From the NCBI RefSeq assembly GCF_018977255.1, contig NW_024704743.1:97528001-97592000 (forward strand): 64,000 bases of DNA, read 5' to 3'. This document shows, one piece after another, positions 61,588 to 64,000 of this stretch. The notes beneath the pieces are model-generated. The model saw nothing but the letters and a program-made list of their open reading frames with translations. It was not told the origin of the DNA and ran no database searches. The translations under genes were made by a program, and so were the position numbers. The DNA comes from Callorhinchus milii. Its lineage: Eukaryota. The number at the start of each line of letters is the position of its first letter. Positions within the stretch are counted from its first letter, which is position 1.

Positions 61588-62819
61588 TCTTAAGTATTCT
61601 ACGGTTGGTGTTAGGTTTGATAATTAAGTGAAATTATGTGTTTTAGAATTATGACATGACATTTGCAACATTACATGATGAGTTTGATGGGATCACATTG
61701 AACTTATTATGAAATGTTGCATATTTCACCCCACATATGAATGATTTTGTCCTCCCCCATTATGGCAAATCATATTGCCTTATACTAAGCTGAAGATAAA
61801 CCGATATTAACAGATAAAATAATGAGCTAAAATTGACCCAAACTGAATGCTAAGTTGGCTGTGCATTTAAATAAAAGCTCACAAATTTATGTCTATGTGG
61901 AAATAATGAATTTCTCTCTCATTTTACAATAAATATACACTTAGTAAGCAATCAATCTAAAGACCAAATCTCTGTCTGTCTATAGCTGTCTATCTGCTGT
62001 AGCTATTACTTGTTAGGCTTTTGTTTTGCTTCTAATATGTCAATTTGTTTGTTTTTTTTAAAAAAAGTTTTAGTTCATTAATCAAATTAAAAAAATTACA
62101 ATTCTCCGGCTAGACAATATTCCTGTGTAATGATTTATATTCTCCAAGTCTCCCTAATTCTGATATGCGACGTCACCTTCAAAGGAGGAGAGCAGGTTTT
62201 TAATTTGCATGTCATGAAAGATTTATTTGAGGTTTTTAGTAAATTCTTTCTATTAACCTGAACTAGGAAAACACAGGCAAATGAGGGTCTGGAATCCTCT
62301 CACAATGTAGGTGATGCTTTGATTTGAGACGAGGGAGAGATATCAGCATGGTAAATGGTCTCTTGGTGTCTTTGACCCTGACCTCTGATCTTCTCCCAGG
62401 AAACGTACAACCGTAACTAAGCACATTAGGTCTAAAAAGTAGTTAAGGCTGTCCAATTCAGAGGAGTTTAGATACAATATTGGTGCTGAAACATATTGCC
62501 TTTGAAGTGCAAACAAGTCAACAGAGTCAAGAGAATTTGGCCAGTTGTTATTTCATTCAGCTGGAGTGCGGATCGACTGACTTGATGTGAAATATTGCAT
62601 TGACACTGTTTTTCTATATAGCATTGGTAGTTCCTTACCCTATTCATATTTAATGGGAGCTCCTTCTATAGAAACATAGGAATCCTCTCCACAGCTTCCA
62701 AAAACTCTCATCAAGTATAGCACCTGTAAACTTTCTGAGAACTTTGAGAACTGGTGTGAGATATAAATGATTAAACAAACACATTGAAAGCATTCCACTG
62801 GAATTGTTTTTTGTTACAG

Positions 62820-63013
62820 CCAGAAGCTGAGCCTTTTTGATCGTGTTCGTATCGCTGGACCCAAGGGCCCCAATGTTAAAAGCAAGGTGTTAATACCTTT
62901 GAATGCAGACGCAGTGGAGGACAGTCCTTCTAAAGACCAGAAGACGTTGAGCTTCAATGAGATTCGAGCTGCGGTTCGAAATCGAGGATTTGGCTTCAAG
63001 CATAGCTCAGAAG
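62820..63013 (+). CDS. KCNQ3: KCNQ3 exon 10 (194 nt; A-B linker): (S)QKLSLFDRVRIAGPKGPNVKSKVLIPLNADAVEDSPSKDQKTLSFNEIRAAVRNRGFGFKHSSE(D)
   Basis: ttacag| acceptor, |gtactt donor; similar to human QKLGLLDRVR...PLNVDAIEESPSKE. Confidence 0.92.
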
Positions 63014-63594
63014 GTACTTCAGTACCAGATTTTCTAATAGAATGATGTTTGTGCAGTCTGTCATTGAATTACATTATCCTGAGACCAGGGGATATGATCT
63101 TACAATTAAGGGGGAAGTACATTCTACTGAATTATACACAATGTAACAGGAGATACTGTTGACCAATTGACTTCCCTTGGTCACCACTGGGTACTTAGTC
63201 CAATACTTCATAACTGCTAGTCAGAGGTAGCCTTGGGTGATGAGATAATTATCACTGGTGTCTATTATTAAATCATCAGATATTCTGCTCCTGGTGATAT
63301 CCCAGTTAATGTCTGCAGCAGGTGCAGCTCAAACCCACCCCTTTTCTGACTTTGTTCAAATGGTTTCACCCATAAGCCAGTTACTTCAGCACTTGAGCCA
63401 GCCAGTGGCTTAGGTTGATCTAAGATGGTGTTCCTGACTGGTCCTGAAATGTTACATTGCACTATGAAATGCTGAAATGCCATTTGCCACTTCAGAGATT
63501 GTCTGCTCTGAAGACATGTCCACTGAGACCGTGAATGGGTCCAACGATTTCTGGAAGTGAATCTCTCATATATTAATTTCTGTACGTTATTCAG

Positions 63595-63697
63595 ATGCCG
63601 TTCCTGAGGTAGATCAAGTGTCCGAGGACAAAGGTTACCAAGCTGAAGTCATGGATGAGTTGATCCCTACAATGAAGACAACTGTGAGGGCTATGAG
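63595..63697 (+). CDS. KCNQ3: KCNQ3 exon 11 (103 nt; start of helix B): (D)AVPEVDQVSEDKGYQAEVMDELIPTMKTTVRAM(R)
   Basis: attcag| acceptor, |gtggga donor; similar to human EDRGY...IPTLKAAIRAVR. Confidence 0.92.
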
Positions 63698-63769
63698 GTG
63701 GGACCTCCTGCAGTAGTGGAGAAACAAGAGTTTTTAATACCCTTCACTCTTTTTATAGACTGGGCCAAC

Positions 63770-64000
63770 TTTGTTGGCCAATACACCAGAGGAAACTTCC
63801 TTCTCTTTGAAAAGTGTCATTGATTCTTTAGTGTCCATCTGAAGAGACAGACTGGATCTCGGGCTAATGTTTCATCTAAAAGTTGGAACCTGGGACAATA
63901 CACTGCACTGCACTGGAGTGTCAGCCTGGACAATGAGTTCAAAATTCTGATGAGGGACTTGAACCCACATCTTCTGATCCAGACGAGAGAGTGATACAAA
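63770..64000 (-). mobile_element. Deu-domain SINE reaching the window edge
   Basis: cactggagtgtcagcctgga..gacttgaacccacatcttctga. Confidence 0.7.

Larger units (their letters stand above)
41233..63697 (+). other. KCNQ3: KCNQ3 (Kv7.3) voltage-gated K+ channel gene, partial: exons equivalent to human 2-11
   Basis: Ten exons with compatible phases give an open 1161-nt frame. KCNQ3-diagnostic residues: [10 protein letters not shown] (no extra Ala), [29 protein letters not shown], extended acidic turret. Most exon sizes (91,127,173,111,96,95,27,103) match those I recall for human KCNQ3. Confidence 0.93.

Noticed and set aside
62400..62429. Possible in-frame 30-nt exon RKRTTVTKHI
   Set aside because: Good acceptor but weak donor (gtctaa) and no resemblance to any KCNQ linker exon I know; unsupported without RNA data
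41233..63697. Identity as KCNQ2, KCNQ4 or KCNQ5
   Set aside because: [29 protein letters not shown] and exon 10 all point to KCNQ3; only exon 8b is KCNQ5-type

Overview
Vertebrate genomic DNA, most likely a cartilaginous fish. This is inferred from Deu-type shark SINEs plus L2/CR1/Tx1 LINEs; a holocephalan is plausible but unproven. The window holds the middle of a + strand KCNQ3 (Kv7.3, M-channel) gene. Positions 1-41232 look like the distal part of a very large first intron. Ten coding exons equivalent to human exons 2-11 lie at 41233-63697 and join into one uninterrupted 1161-nt frame (S1-S6, pore, helix A, start of helix B). Exon 1 and the final exons are outside the window. The most striking observation is a second helix-A exon 128 nt after the normal KCNQ3-type exon 8 (51910-52001, [27 protein letters not shown]). 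It closely resembles the KCNQ5-type exon 8 and is absent from the ORF track. It has the same splice phases as exon 8 and hallmarks of mutually exclusive splicing (GC donor, distant branch point, long AG-free tract, Rbfox motif), plus a TGA where KCNQ5 has Cys. The pore helix also has Thr at the position of mammalian KCNQ3 Ala315. The rest is intron with SINEs, LINE fragments, MITEs, an unclassified ~300-bp repeat family and microsatellites. Comparisons to human proteins and repeat consensus sequences are from memory and need alignment to confirm; repeat boundaries are approximate.
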